Part shown: in pieces, positions 1 to 14,622 of the stretch | Numbering within the stretch: position 1 is the stretch's first letter | Layout: the number at the start of each line of letters is the position of its first letter | Assembly: GCA_964035545.1 (NCBI GenBank) | Contig: OZ037771.1 | Location: forward strand, 11,784,480 to 11,848,479 | From: Bugula neritina | Lineage: Eukaryota; Animalia; Bryozoa | Direction of reading: 5' to 3' | Length of the DNA stretch: 64,000 nucleotides | Notes under the pieces: model-generated | What the model was told of the DNA's origin: nothing | What the model saw: the letters and a program-made list of their open reading frames with translations, nothing else | Databases searched by the model: none | Program-made: the position numbers and the translations under genes

Positions 1-1098
1 ATTGAGAAAGTTTTGTGCTCAAGATTAGAAATTTAGCAAAATATCCTCATTTTAAATATTAGAATCGCCTGATATAATAGGACTTATAAAAATCTACTAT
101 TACCATTGTTATATTAAAAATTATTAACATGGTTAGCTAACAGTGTCACTGGCCATGGATCTAGGAACAATTAAGCTATAAGTATTATAAAAATAGTAAT
201 TTGCAAATGGACAGAGGACATTAGCAGTTTGAGTAATATTATTGGGCTTAAGGTCACTTGGGAATAAGTCAGTACCCTACACACAACAGCTTGAACTTCA
301 TTCTGTGTGCTTCATCAATAAACACCAACTTACATAATATTCAGTGAGTCGCAATAACCCCAAAGAATTGGATTTCCGTTACAACACTATTTAGTTTTAT
401 TTTAAATTAGACTTTTGTTAAACTCCAATATAAATAATTATTTGGCACATTAAACTAATATGTTCATGGTTTAGTGGTGATGGGTCACATAGATGTGTGA
501 GTGCATGTGTATGTGTGTGTATGTACCATGTATTTTTTTATTTAAATACTATCAATGGAATTATGTGGCTTCGAATAAAATTTACTGTTATCTAGAAATG
601 TTGTATGTAACTTGCTTAAACTGTGCTATAAGAATATGAAACCTTAGATTGTATGGCGCTAGAGCACTACTATATATAGACATCATATGTCAAAAGATGC
701 TGCTCTAAAAACTGTCATCCTAAGGCCATAAATACAATTTCAGAAAACGTCCTGTAATCATAAATCACACCTGGAATTCCAATTCCGATCATGGCTGATG
801 AATGTGGGACTGCATAGTTTATTTATATTGATGACAATTGAGAATTAATTATTCTGAATATATGGGATATTTTTGACATTTGTCTTCTTATGCTTAACAA
901 ATAATTGATTTATGTTTGTTAGCAATATATAAAAAACGTCTGTATATTGGACAAGTATCGTAATGCAATGTGTTGCCAAATAACTGCAGTGCACAAACTT
1001 TAAAACTATGTTTTTTCCCCAATGTCTATAATATGCTATTGACTACAAAACAATAAATAAAATAGTTTTAGCTACACTGAAATTACTTAACTCATTTA

Positions 1099-1234
<136 letters not shown>

Positions 1235-4200
1235 ACGATAGTGTGAGAGACTTGCGTGACCAACAGGTTCAACAAACATCATAGTGGATCGAAGAACTTG
1301 CGCATTAGCAGCAGCAGCCGAAAGCAACAATGAAACACACAATCTTGTAATCAGTATTAGACGAGCTATATTTATGCGTGCATTAAATTATGTCAGTGTA
1401 TAATTAGACTCAAAAGTGTCATGGTACAAAATCAACTGATGGTAGCTTGGCTGTCAAATGCATATCTATCAACAAGTTATATAAAATGATCATGGTCAAA
1501 TATACAGCACAAGACAAGAGTAAAGATTTAGACACAATAAAATTTTAATTCTAGGGAAGCAGTTCTTTGAAAATTGGAGAAAAAAGAGGTTCTGGTATAT
1601 TATATTTTTTCGCCTATTTTGTTTACTAAATATTTTCTGCGGAATCGTTATACTGGCCATTTTTAGCTCATATGCAGTGACTTGAACTTTTACAGTCGTA
1701 CTAAGCAGCGGGGTTTGATAATTTGTCATTAGTCCCACAATATTGGAAATAGTTATAATTTTGCAGTGTTTGGTTCTTGTTGTTGTTATTCTCTTCAGAA
1801 TCATTTACAGCGCATACAAATAATTGTGTGCCAATGTACTATGTATAGAGCAGCTTGCGGCTGCGCATATTATGCTTGAAACCATTTTATCACTCTATCT
1901 GAAAGATTTACAGAAATAACTTTGTGTTATAATTTCACATTCTATTCTCCTTGTCAAAAATACAAAATCCTGAAGTTGGCATCACACTCCTGGTAATCAG
2001 TAAAAAGGCTAAAGTCTGTGTTGGTCTCTTCAGGAGTTGAGTCTTTTCAGGCATTCTAAAAACTAGCTATACACCCTTGAAATCATATTATGGCTTTCCT
2101 TTCAAAACCAATAAATGTTTTTCTAACTTCAGTATTTTATAAATAGCGAAAAGTATATTTAAAAATGTTGAAAAGATTTGGAATTTACATAGTAACAATA
2201 ATATGCTGACAATAGGTTGGTTATCACAACAGTCTAGATTTTACTGTTCTATGCTGTAGTTGCAATGCTTCAAATTGTAATATAGAAAATGCAACTCACA
2301 AAAGAACAGCTTGCAATCTTTTGTGCAGCAAATTTTATTTTTAGCACGTTGCTATGGAATAACAAAGAATCTCTAAAAATGCGACTTGAAATCGTTATTA
2401 CACTGGCTAAAGCAGTCCAAACATTCCTTATTTAAATTTATTTAAATCTGCAGGCCGCAGAACGATTGCCTAGTATACATTATGTCTGCAGCCAATTATT
2501 TCATACATAATGTCATAATTTGATCAATAATGCTGGTTGTCATGTCTGGAGAGATTCTGTCTACTGGCGAATACAACTGCACAGAGATCTAAAATATCAT
2601 ATTTTATCATTGTGCTCTTTGATCATAGATCATGTATGACATTTTGATCAATGATGGCTGGTAAGTATGGTACTGCATAATTTATTTCCATATTGATGTG
2701 ATGGAAATAAATTATTTAAATACGTTAGAAGTTGACTGGAACTCGGCACCTTCGCCATAAAAAATTATTAACATAGAAATGATGCGTAAGTTTTTTGAGA
2801 ATTAATGGTCTGCTGTCACTTATATTGTCATAAGTTAGGCACTGTGACTTTTACTCTATAGACATTGCTACTTATTAACTTTTGAGGTTGCAAAATACAG
2901 GAAAAATATCTGTTAGGTCCATTCAGTGTAAAAATATTCATTATTTTTAACTTTTTGAAAATCGCTGCTTCTATCAGCTATTTCTGGCATGTGGAGTACC
3001 TGCTTGAGATTTATAGCAACAAGCATCACTGTTTTATGCTCAACATACACATATGTAGAAACTTATTTATACACTCTACCGACTGACTCATCAAAAAATT
3101 AAAGCATTAAATAGTTAATAAAACTATAAAACCAAGCTAAACAGAAAACTGCACCTTAGCATGCAAGTGATCCTCGTGAGGTCAATACATATATCATTTT
3201 ATTCTTTCAAGTCAAACGTATTAAATTATCAGCTGATTGGCATTGACAGGTGCTGATTTGTAGAAGAAATCAAACTGTGTTTGAAGCTCCAGGATTCAGA
3301 TATTATATTTATTATCCTAACAACCAGTTATACACCCTGGCAACCAGACCGTGGCTTGGCTCACTAAATCAGAATTTCTTCCATGCTGTCCAACTGTTTT
3401 AAGCATATTTTTGACAACAGTAATGAAAGTTGTTTCTTTGCCAAATTATTCAAAAGTATCTTTTTTATGCTTTAGAGTTAATATTTTTTTGCCTGACACC
3501 GCAAATCATTTATCACATTATTCATTGCATGGCTTTAGAATACAGTTTTCTGGTTTACATTAGTGATCGCTAATCACTGATCAGAAACTGTTTATTTTTA
3601 TTAGAATTTTATGGATTTTGTAAAGTTGTTGTATGTAAGAAATCTTTGTAATAATTGGCTGTATGATATATCCTGATGTAGTGTTGCAAAACACATAGCA
3701 CTGTAATTTTTTTGCTGCACAACAGCAATAGAATGTTTATGCTAAATCAGCAACCGCCACTTCATCCTACACTGCATTGCAAAAAGTATTATGTAGCCAA
3801 GTACACAGCATTATGTCAGTAAATGCAAAACTATCTTGTCTGCTATAAACATTGTTTTGAAAACATTTTGTCACATTGAAAGACATTTATAGCACTTTTG
3901 GTTTATTGTTAGGAGAGTTTGTCAGCCTAAAGACTGACATGAGCATTTCCATTTATAATAATGATGATATTATAAATGGGAATGCTTATGCAGCAGCATA
4001 CCTAGAAGCCTTGCAGACCAAATCCTGAGGTAAAGTTGTTGTGTCAGATGTCAGATGTGGCTTTTTTAAAATCTCAAATAGTATCATTTGGAATCAAAAC
4101 TCTGTTGGTAAAATTTTGAAATGCTTTAGTGATCTGCAAAGTTTGCTGACACACCAAACACTCTGTGTTAACTAAACACGGTCGCTTAAAACAAATTATA

Positions 4201-4309
4201 TTTTTGTAACTGGTTTTTCACTTTTGATATGCAATATCTGCTCATATAATGATTGACTGTTACACACTGGATGTTATTAGACTATTAGGCTATTGAATGG
4301 TCTCCCATG

Positions 4310-4348
4310 ATTGGTGAATCTTCATCAGAAATGCAAAGACTATATAAG
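4310..4348 (+). promoter_or_regulatory. Core promoter of the TSR gene (inverted CCAAT plus TATA box)
   Basis: ATTGG at 4310-4314 and TATATAAG at 4341-4348, about 60 nt upstream of the ATG exon. Confidence 0.5.
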
Positions 4349-4405
4349 TGACAGAAACTTTTATATGAGCTGCCAAACTCAGTTAATTTTGTCATAAGAA
4401 ACAAC

Positions 4406-6260
4406 ATGGGTAAGTTCTCTATAACAATATAAACCATATATTGCACAAGTTGCTCGAAATCATTATCAATAAAATCAAAACGTTATACTTATACTGATTT
4501 TTTTTTAAAGTGGAACATTTAAAACAAGACCTCTGTAAAATAAATTTATTTTGATTTCATCATTGTAGCTGTAACATAATATTTCACATATATGAACTGT
4601 TTGAAAAACTGTTTTACTGTGACAATTCAAATAACTAGGTCAATCACACTGATTTAATCCGACAAGTAAATTTGCAACAATGGTTTTTGGAAATAAAAGG
4701 AAAATTTGCATGTCAACAACTATAAAACAGCAAAAAATGCCAAATTGTTCTGGTTTGATATTGCATTTGGCTATCTAATCATACAGTATAGTTCTATACA
4801 ACGAGTGACATAATAATAATTGCATTTTTAGATTACAAATAAGTTGAATATTGCAACCTATGGGAATGAACATGTTTTGCTCTAGAAAAAACGCTCTGTT
4901 GCCAACAGTTTTTTACTGGTTTTCCATACTGAAACATGCAAGAAACTATTAGTTTACTGTGTTCCAATATTATTTAATGTTGCTTTCTTTTGTTTTAGAT
5001 GGCAGAATAATAATCTTTTTTGGGCTCGTTGCAGTTTTCTGTAAGTTATACTACATTATATTATTTGAAATTTGTTAGTTGAAAGTTATATTGAAATATA
5101 TAGTATTTTTATTTAATCTATGATAATGCATCTTATGCTAGAATTAAACCCTCTAAATTTAGTTTTGATCTATCTGAACCAAAAAGTTTGCTGCTAAATT
5201 TATCATCATATTATATTATATAAAGACTAAAAAAATATATTTCGGCCTCTACAAGTCTTCAAGTTACCAACATGTATTGGTTGAGCTCCCAATAAGAATA
5301 GTCACTTAGTGGCATGTCTCAATAAAATATTTTAATATAAATTGCATAGCACATACTTTCTGTACCAGCGTAAGACCTGCAATGCATTAATTATAATGGT
5401 TAGCAATAATCAAGATATTATGATGAAGCACTTTGAATTCTCGTTTTTGCTTATTTTTAGGTGCACCGTTGGCCAGTGCTTGCCTATGGCTACCAGGAAC
5501 GCACCAAGTTGGTAAGTTTCAATATAATATACATACTAATTGCATAAAAAATATATTCTTTTTCTTATATGCATATAACCTGTATGGTAGGCTTTTCAGA
5601 TAAATAATTTTTCTATTTTGAAAGGCTGGGATATACAATCTTTAGGTTGGGAACTGTAGATAGTTGTGATTCATCTTTCGAACTGCAATTGAATGATGTA
5701 CAAATTGACAGTTCCGATTAATGCAGAGTTTAATAAGCTGAGTGACTACTTTTGCAGTTAAACATGTGCATGTTAGATCTTAGATACTGCCAGGTATAAA
5801 ATTTTGTACCATGGCATAGGATAGCCTTGCTTATAGAAGACTACTTTCACTATTATTATAGTAGGTAAAAAACACTACGAATCCAGAAAGTTTATGAAAG
5901 TTTTGGTGATTTACTTTTTGTTTTTGAACTTAGTGGTTTAAGATGTAAAGGTATTTTCTCTAGAAATTGATGCTACAAAAAGCTGTAAGATAATGCTACA
6001 CCATAGAAAAAAAAGAAGGCAAATATTTTTTCCTGAATTATCATCTTGCAGTTAAGAAAGTGTGGGGCCCGTGGAGAGAGTGGGGAGCTTGTCATGCAAC
6101 ATGTGCTGGTGGAGAACAAAGAAAGTACAGAACCTGCATGGCGAAAACAGCCAATCGCAGTTGCAGTGCACCTAACAACATGTGTCCTGGCAGCAGCTAC
6201 AGGAAACGACGATGCATCCCAGAAAACTGGCTCCATTCTCCACTAAAGCTTCATTGCTGA
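4406..6260 (+). CDS. Small secreted single thrombospondin type-1 repeat (TSR) protein, 4 exons, 101 aa
   Basis: Exons 4406-4409 (ATGG|gtaagt), 4999-5040, 5461-5511 and 6052-6260 all have GT-AG sites and phase-1 junctions, and sum to 306 nt. Product: MDGRIIIFFGLVAVFCAPLASA-CLWLPGTHQVVKKVWGPWREWGACHATCAGGEQRKYRTCMAKTANRSCSAPNNMCPGSSYRKRRCIPENWLHSPLKLHC*. It has a hydrophobic signal peptide ending A-S-A and the TSR motif WxxWxxWxxCxxTCxxGxQxRxRxC. AATAAA at 6330-6335. Confidence 0.85.
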
Positions 6261-9200
6261 CAGTCCTTGTCATGATTTATACTGAATTGTGGCAAACCAG
6301 GAACTTTAAGGCTGGTTTTTTATGAAACAAATAAATCGTTTCTGTTGCTAAAACACACCTTAAACTTTTGATTTAACGTGTCCAATAATTTCATCAGCAA
6401 TGTTTATGGTTACTCATTGTTTGAATATAAATGTTATTATAATTGCACATTCCTGAAAAAAATTAAATTGATTATAATTTGACTTTTAATTATAACAAAA
6501 CTTCCTTAGCTTTTCTAGAACAGAAAACAGAGATTTAAACACATTGATGTGCAAATAAACCAAATTACTTTATTCTTCACGTTCGTAAAAAGGCGTTACT
6601 TAGCCGCAAAACTTTTCGAACTCAATATACTTTGCGCAACATAGAATACAATCTAACTTGTGCATAAGGAACATTTCATTTATCATCTTTCTCTCATACA
6701 AAGTAATTTAGTGCCTAAGCTAGGTATTGCTGCCACTTTGAAATGATGTGAAGCACTAGAAGCCGCTGCGTAGTCTTTGAACATAAAAATATAAACAGAA
6801 GGTTATGCAGCTCAGCAGATAATCTATTGCCATGGTAAAATGGGCTATGTTAGATAAAACTGTAGGAAGGTTATACACCATTATAGAAGCAACCTGGAGT
6901 GCCAAATAAACATTTAAAATTAGTAAATGAAAGAACTGAATTTCTTGAGACAATAATTATAATGATGTTGATTTTTTTTATCAACTTGTTTTTTTCCTGC
7001 AGGTTTTAATCCTCATATCCATCTATGGCTGTTTTAGTATATCTCTGACTTATTTCGTATTTGAATATTATTAGCATGTTTACACTTATCATTTTGAGTG
7101 AGGCCTTTCGATGATAATCCTGTAAATTGAAAATGAATAATTAATTATGGGTCAAGTGAAATATACGATAAACATCAAGTTTCTGACTGCATCAAAAAAT
7201 GTTTTTTTTTTCATTAGCTTACATATAAACTACATAGTAGCTACTTTGTGCAATTCTCATTTTTTCTGGCACTCTCACCTTTCATTTCTTGCAATAGGAT
7301 TTTTTTATTTGGTAATATAGTAATGATCTACTGTATCGTGCCTTAGTGATCAAGTATTAGAAATAGTTATAGCACTTAGCAATAAGATCTATATATAGTC
7401 ACCTATAGCTGTGGTTGATATAACTAGCATTAGGTAGGTATAAGCGTAAGGAGGTTTGAGGGGTTGTGGGTTTGAACCTTTCCTGATTTCCTGGTAAGTA
7501 TAAGGATAAATTTGTTTTATACTTAAACATGGTGCTGTCAATATCTGGGTTATCATGACAGTATAAAATCCTCTCTATGTTTGCATTCTGTTTGCCTACT
7601 ATAATATATACACTGCTCTAAAAGGTTGATAAGTATATTTTATATGCTGTTTACTGGTAATCCTGACTTACTTTGTTTTACAAGTAATAGGAGGTGTGTA
7701 TAGAACATAGCGCTGATGCTCTCAGCACATCTCAAAATATAAAGTGAAAAGTCCAACAGTTTATGCATAATATGCATGATTATAAAGTTAGCTACTTTGA
7801 ATTTGCTAAACTAAAACAAATGAACTACCCACACCTACACTGGCAAAAACAGCCTGAATAGTTTTTTCCAGGATTAGAAATCCATAAATCAGCAGTTGAA
7901 AAATATCTCACAGACATCTGGAAGTGAATAAAACTAAAGTAATGCGTTTCACATCAATAATACTTTTCCCAAAGCTTTTATTTAAATACATTTACAGTTA
8001 AAAGGTTTGACAGATGTTTAAAATAAAATAACAAACTTATACAGGCCGTTTTGTTCCAAATTTTTTGCTGGCATCTTGGCCTTTATTATGTTTGCAAAAA
8101 ATTTTGCTGAACATCTACTGAAAATCATATCACAGTAAAATTTTTAGGCAGCAACAATCATCTTTCAATCATCAGATTATGACTTGTAGCCTACAAGTAT
8201 TAGTGCATCAGCAAAATCATGTAGAAAATATTCTATAGCAAAAAACGACCAAAACTACTTATCTTACAAATAAATTATTATTAATTGAACAATTTATCGA
8301 ACTTGCAAATTTATTTTACTATATCATATAGGTGATTTTATGTTAGCCAACTGTATACAATTACTACAACAATACTGATGTCCAAATATGTTTTCATGAA
8401 ATTGCACCATTTTGCTAATAAACTGCAAGATGAAAAAAAACATTTTTAACTGTAACATATTATTTTCTTGCTTCCAACAATAACTGGAAGCTTTGAAAAA
8501 TACCAAAATAGCTTTTTCAGATATGAAAAATTTGCATTCATTGGGTCCAACAAATGCCAACGAATGACTATCATTCCTCTTGTGACAAATGCGGTAGTAG
8601 TGCATAGTTGCTTAGCAACGGTACTTTACCAGTAAAGTCGATACGGTAACTTAATCTCAGTCGTGTGAGAACGAAGTAAAAATTTTGCGTTTATAATTTA
8701 TCAAATATGACAAATTCAATTCTTGACAAATTTTAAACTTATTACTTTAAAAAATGCTGAAATTTTGAAAAAATAATGTTTAACAACATTTAAATTATAA
8801 AAAATAAATAAAAATGGGCCGTAAAACCAAATGCCGTGCTTGTGTTTTCATATCCAAAATCAAACCGATTAACTACTTTTTAGGCGCCTTTCACTACTTG
8901 CTATTTATATTTTTATTAATTGTTTAATAAAAAATTGAAGTATCCCGCTTTTTTCTATTTTTCCCACAAAAGAACTAGTGCTAGGACGTTTTCAGCTGAA
9001 CTAATTTACTATAATTAAAAGCTGGCAGTGACGGCTTTAAGTGAAATACGATTCAGTTGCATTATTTTCAATTTAACCGCATTTTAACTTTTCGCAAGTC
9101 ACTGCTACTTATTCTGCAAATCGACTCAGATGTTTAAAAAAATCTTTGTGTTGAAATGCCATGAAATTTTGAGACACATCTGACATGTAAAGCAAAATTT

Positions 9201-10252
9201 TTTCTAGAAGCTTATTTAATTTTCTTCATTATTATTTATTTGTTTTTTTACTAGACTACGAGTTATTCCACTTAATTATGAGCAATGCGACTTGAGCAAC
9301 TTGTTTGCCATCTGAATGATGCCGCGCTTCTTGCTTTTTGAAATAAGCCAATAATGCACGCAATAAGATAAATTTCGTCAGTTGGAATATAGCTTGGTCA
9401 AGTTCTAATAAATTTTTTGAAAGTCGATCGCATGGTGTCAACGAGTGCACCCTGCCTCTGTGAGACCAATCAAATGACACAAATATTGCAATTTTCTTTT
9501 ACATGAACGCACTTGGGTCGATCACGTGACCCAAAATGAATGCAAAACCAATTAGTGTTTTGAGATTGTCCATCTTTGAAGTGGAGTTAAGAAATGTAAC
9601 TCAGGATTGTGCAAATGGATTTTTATTTACAATTGACAGTTTGGAGTCCTACAATGACTAGCAATAATTAAACTGTAATGTTTGCATCCTTTATTTTTAA
9701 ATAATATCTCAAAAGAGCTACACATACATAATATGAGCACGAAACCAGATTATATGAACGGTTAGTTACTCTTCGATGTGTATAAAAGCTAATGTGTCAA
9801 GCGTTTTGAAAGAACTATGCCTATGGCAAATAAGGGATATAGTGTTAAAGTGCAAAATTTTATAAAACAGCTATATAGAAATATAACTATTCCTAATTAC
9901 CATAACCTAGAAATTTCAGTGCGATTCACACCATAAAGCAAAAGAGACAATGTTATCAGCCAGATTTCGTGCAATGTTGACACATGGAAGTCTGCACTGC
10001 TGTAAGATAAATGTGGTGTTTTCTAAATATTGTTTGTTACTCAGCCCAAACCATTTCATTATTTTAAATTTACATCTTTTTTAATTTTCCAACATTCAAA
10101 CATAGTTAAGGAGTTGAAGGCAACTAGCAATAGTCAATTTTAGCTGTTGTATAGATTTTGCATTTCAATTCAAATATATGGTGGTATTACATATTTTAGC
10201 AACAATAGAAACTATATTTTTTATATATATTATACAAATAGAAATATAACTG

Positions 10253-10610
10253 TAAGTATAAGTATAAGTATATAAGTATAAGTGTAAGTGTAAATGTAAG
10301 TGTAAGTGTAAGTGTAAGTGTAAGTGTAAGTGTAAGTGCAAGTGTAAGTGTAAGTATAAGTATAAGTATAAGTATAAGTATAAGTATAAGTATGAGTGTA
10401 AGTATAAGGATAAGTATAAGTGTAAGTGTAAGGATAAGTGTAAGTAAAAGTATAAGTATAAGTGTAAGTGTAAGTGTAAGTATAAGTATAAGTATAAGTG
10501 TAAGTGTAAGTATAGGTGTAAGTATAAGTATAAGTATAAGTATATAAGTATAAGTGTAAGTGTAAGTATAAGGATAAGTATAAGTATAATTATAAGTGTA
10601 AGTATAAATA
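10253..10610. repeat. Hexamer microsatellite (TAAGTA/TAAGTG/TAAGGA)n
   Basis: Directly visible 6-bp periodicity. Confidence 0.95.
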
Positions 10611-10803
10611 TGAATATAAATGTGAACAGAAGTACTAAAATAAATATTATATGAACATGAATATAAGCATGTGTGTGTGTCTATATGTGTGATTTTAATT
10701 ATACATAAACTACATTTTGCAGGTTAATGATGATAGTTTTGTAAGGTCTCATCTAAGTGGGCAAGCTTGAATATGCAACACAGTCAAGACAAAATATATG
10801 TAC

Positions 10804-10946
<143 letters not shown>

Positions 10947-13512
10947 TAACATAATATAATAGCATTCAATATTATACAGTGGCAGTCTGAATCTGGAAAT
11001 GCTTTGCTATAGGTGGTGTTTGGCGGGTTAATGAAGTCATAAATCATTAACCTCATCTATAATATATCATTTGAATTATTTTGTCAGTTATCAATGGTAT
11101 AGATATAGTGCAGGCGGACTAAAAGGTATTGCTGGTTTAGGTGGCATTTGATAAAATTATAATATTAAGCTAACCGCTAATACCCCAGAATGTTTCAGTT
11201 AAATATAATATTATTTAAATTGATGCAGTAATATTGTGACATTCTGCAGTTTGCAAATTAAAACTTATACTTGCAATCACAGCTTATATACATGCATGAT
11301 TGCACAATGCCATTTTAATAAAGCTGTGTCTGTTTGGCTCTGGTAAACACAAAACAAGGTCGATACCCTCAGCTATGGTATGCGCATTGTTAGAAACATT
11401 TGAACAATTTACATCTTATTGATCTTGTAGACAATAAATCATGCTCTTGACTTCCTAATTTGAATATACGTATGTGTTGTACTACTATGTGACTATACCT
11501 ACCACATACTCAATATACAATAAATGGTAAAGAGAAATAGTGCTGGATATTTTATTTATATTTTCATCACAAGACAACTCTGTTTTGCTTCTATTATAAT
11601 ACAGCTTACATATCTCTTATTAAGAAATGTAACTCAGGATTGTGCAAATGGATTTTTATTTACAATTGATAGTTTAGAGTCCTACAATGACTAGCAATAA
11701 TCAAACTGTATAATGTTTGCATCTTTTATTTTCAAATAATATCTCAAAAGAGCTACACATACATAATATATGAGCACGAAACCAGATTATATGAACGGTT
11801 AGTTACTCTTCGATGTGTATAAAAGCTAATGTGTCAAGCGTTTTGAAAGAACTATGCCTATGGCAAATAAGGTATATAGAGTTGAAGTACAAAATTTTAT
11901 AAAACAGCTATAGAAATATAACTATTCCTAATTACCATAACCTAGAAATTTCAATGCGATTCACACCATGAAGCAAAAGAGACAATGTTATCAGCCAGAT
12001 TTCGTGCAATGTTGACACATGGAAGTCTGCACTGCTGTAAGATAAATGTGGTGTTTTCTAAATATTGTTTGTTACTCAGCCCAAACCATGTCATTATTTT
12101 AAATTTACATCTTTTTTAATTTTCCAACATTCAAACATAGTTAAGGGGTTGAAGGCAACTAGCAATAGTAAATTTTAGCTGTTGTATAGATTTTGCATCT
12201 TAATTCAAATATGCATAATGAACAAACTACACAAAAGAAAGTTGATGCTTAATGTAAAACTATAGATTAAGTTATTAACTATATGGTTAAAAATTAATCA
12301 TTTCAATTACTAATTCAGTGCTCAAGTTGTTAGATTAGATGTTGGCTAGTTTCAAAGTTTTCAAATCTTCTCAAAACACTCTACTGGGCCTTTGTATATA
12401 AGTTGTTTTACTGATTGCACCTGATTCCACAGGATTAGACTTTTCTGTAAACAGTACTTTATAATGACCTAATTAGCCAATCATTGTTTACATAGATGTA
12501 TTACTTACATTTTGAATGACAGGCATTGCAATAAAAGAGTCTGAACAGTCTGACAGGAATGCAAAATCAAAAAGTTGATGCACATACTAAATCTGTTGAT
12601 ATTAGATTATTAATAGAATATATAATCATATAACTTCAATATATTGGCACTCCCTATTGTTAAGTTACTCAGCACTTTTTTGGTGAGCATTGGCAGTTAA
12701 TTTTCATTGTCATTGTGTACAGTAGCAAACATTATTAAATTTTAAAACCTATATATTATGCTCGTGTAACCTGAACTCAAGTTTAAATTTACTAAATAAC
12801 GCAATTCTAATTTTTTACTGTGCCAAATAGATTAATTACTCTCAACTTGTCTATAATTCACACCAGAAAGTAAATCTGCAGTTAAACCTAAACACCTATT
12901 TCAAACAAAATCAAATTTCAGGCAACTACTATATGAATTAAAAGTTCTGCTCTTTAGTTGTTGGAAATGAAAATAATCAATGATATTGCTCTTTACCCCC
13001 ATCTAGATTTACACTTGACGTGTTTAAAACACACAGCTGTGATTTACTTGTTGTGATATGGACTTTTTACCTCTTGAAAAAATGATCTGAGTATTGTGAT
13101 TATTCATAACTATTGCCAAAATATTTTGATTTCAACACAATCATACATATAATAATGAATACTTATAATCAACCTTAGCTATATTAATTTATATCAACTA
13201 TCACAGATTTTCTTTTATCTATCATGTTTGGGCATCATTAACATGATAGGATTGAAGAATTTAAAAAAAAACATACTTTATTTATAGTATTTTTTTCATA
13301 ATTTAGAAATATTTTATACATAGCAGAATAAATTTTAGAAATACATTAACATTTTACTTTGCCAGTTAAAACCTTGAAACAGTGTAAATTTTTTAAGCAT
13401 CAGAAGATCCATTTTTTTATTCTATGGATAGGCTTCCTAAAGGTGGTATTACATATTTTAGAAACAATAGAAACTATATTTTTTCAATATATTATACAAA
13501 TAGAAATATAAC

Positions 13513-14155
13513 TGTAAGTATAAGTATAAGTATATAAGTATAAGTGTAAGTGTAAATGTAAGTGTAAGGATAAGTGTAAGTGAAAGTATAAGTATAAGTG
13601 TAAGTGTAAGTATAAGTATGAGTATAAGTTTAGGTATAAGTATAAGTATAAGTATAAGTGTAAGTATAGGTGTAAGTATAAGTATACGTATATAAGTATA
13701 AGTGTAAGTGTAAATGTAAGTGTAAGTATGAGTGTAAGTATAAGGATAAGTGTAAGTCTAAGTATAAGTATAAGTATAAGTATGAGAGTAAGTATAAGGA
13801 TAAGTATAAGTGTAAGTGTAAGGATAAGTGTAAGTGAAAGTATAAGTATAAGTGTAAGTGTAAGTATAAGGATAAGTGTAAGTATAAGTATAAGTATAAG
13901 TATAAGTATAAGTGTAAGTATAAGGATAAGGATAGGTGTAAGTATAAGTATAAGTATAAGTATAAGTGTAAGTATAAGGATAAGGATAAGTGTAAGTGTA
14001 AGGATAAGTGTAAGTGAAAGTATAAGTATAAGTATAAGTATAAGTGTAAGGATAAGTGTAAGTATAAGTATAAGTATAAGTATAAGTGTAAGTGTAAAGA
14101 TAAGTGTAAGTGAAAGTATAAGTATAAGTATAAGTATAAGTATAAGTGTAAGTAT
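13513..14155. repeat. Hexamer microsatellite (TAAGTA/TAAGTG/TAAGGA)n, expanded paralogue of 10253-10610
   Basis: Directly visible; the SI-repeat ORF 13728-14204 is its translation. Confidence 0.95.
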
Positions 14156-14353
14156 GAATATGAATATAAATGTGAACAGAAGTACTAAAATAAATAATAT
14201 ATGAACATGAATATAAGCATGTGTGTGTGTCTATATGTGTGATTTTATTTATACATAAACTACATTTTGCAGGTTAATGATGATAGTTTTGTAACGTCTC
14301 ATCTAAGTGGGCAAGCCTGAATATTCAACACAGTCAAGACAAAATATATGTAC

Positions 14354-14491
<138 letters not shown>

Positions 14492-14492
14492 A

Positions 14493-14622
<130 letters not shown>

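Noticed and set aside
6046-6246. Overlapping ORFs 6046-6246 (+) and 5973-6236 (-)
   Set aside because: Shadows of the TSR exon, whose frame is fixed by the motif and splice phase.
13728-14204. 158-aa SI-repeat ORF
   Set aside because: Translation of the hexamer array; the paralogous array differs in length and has no equivalent ORF in the track.
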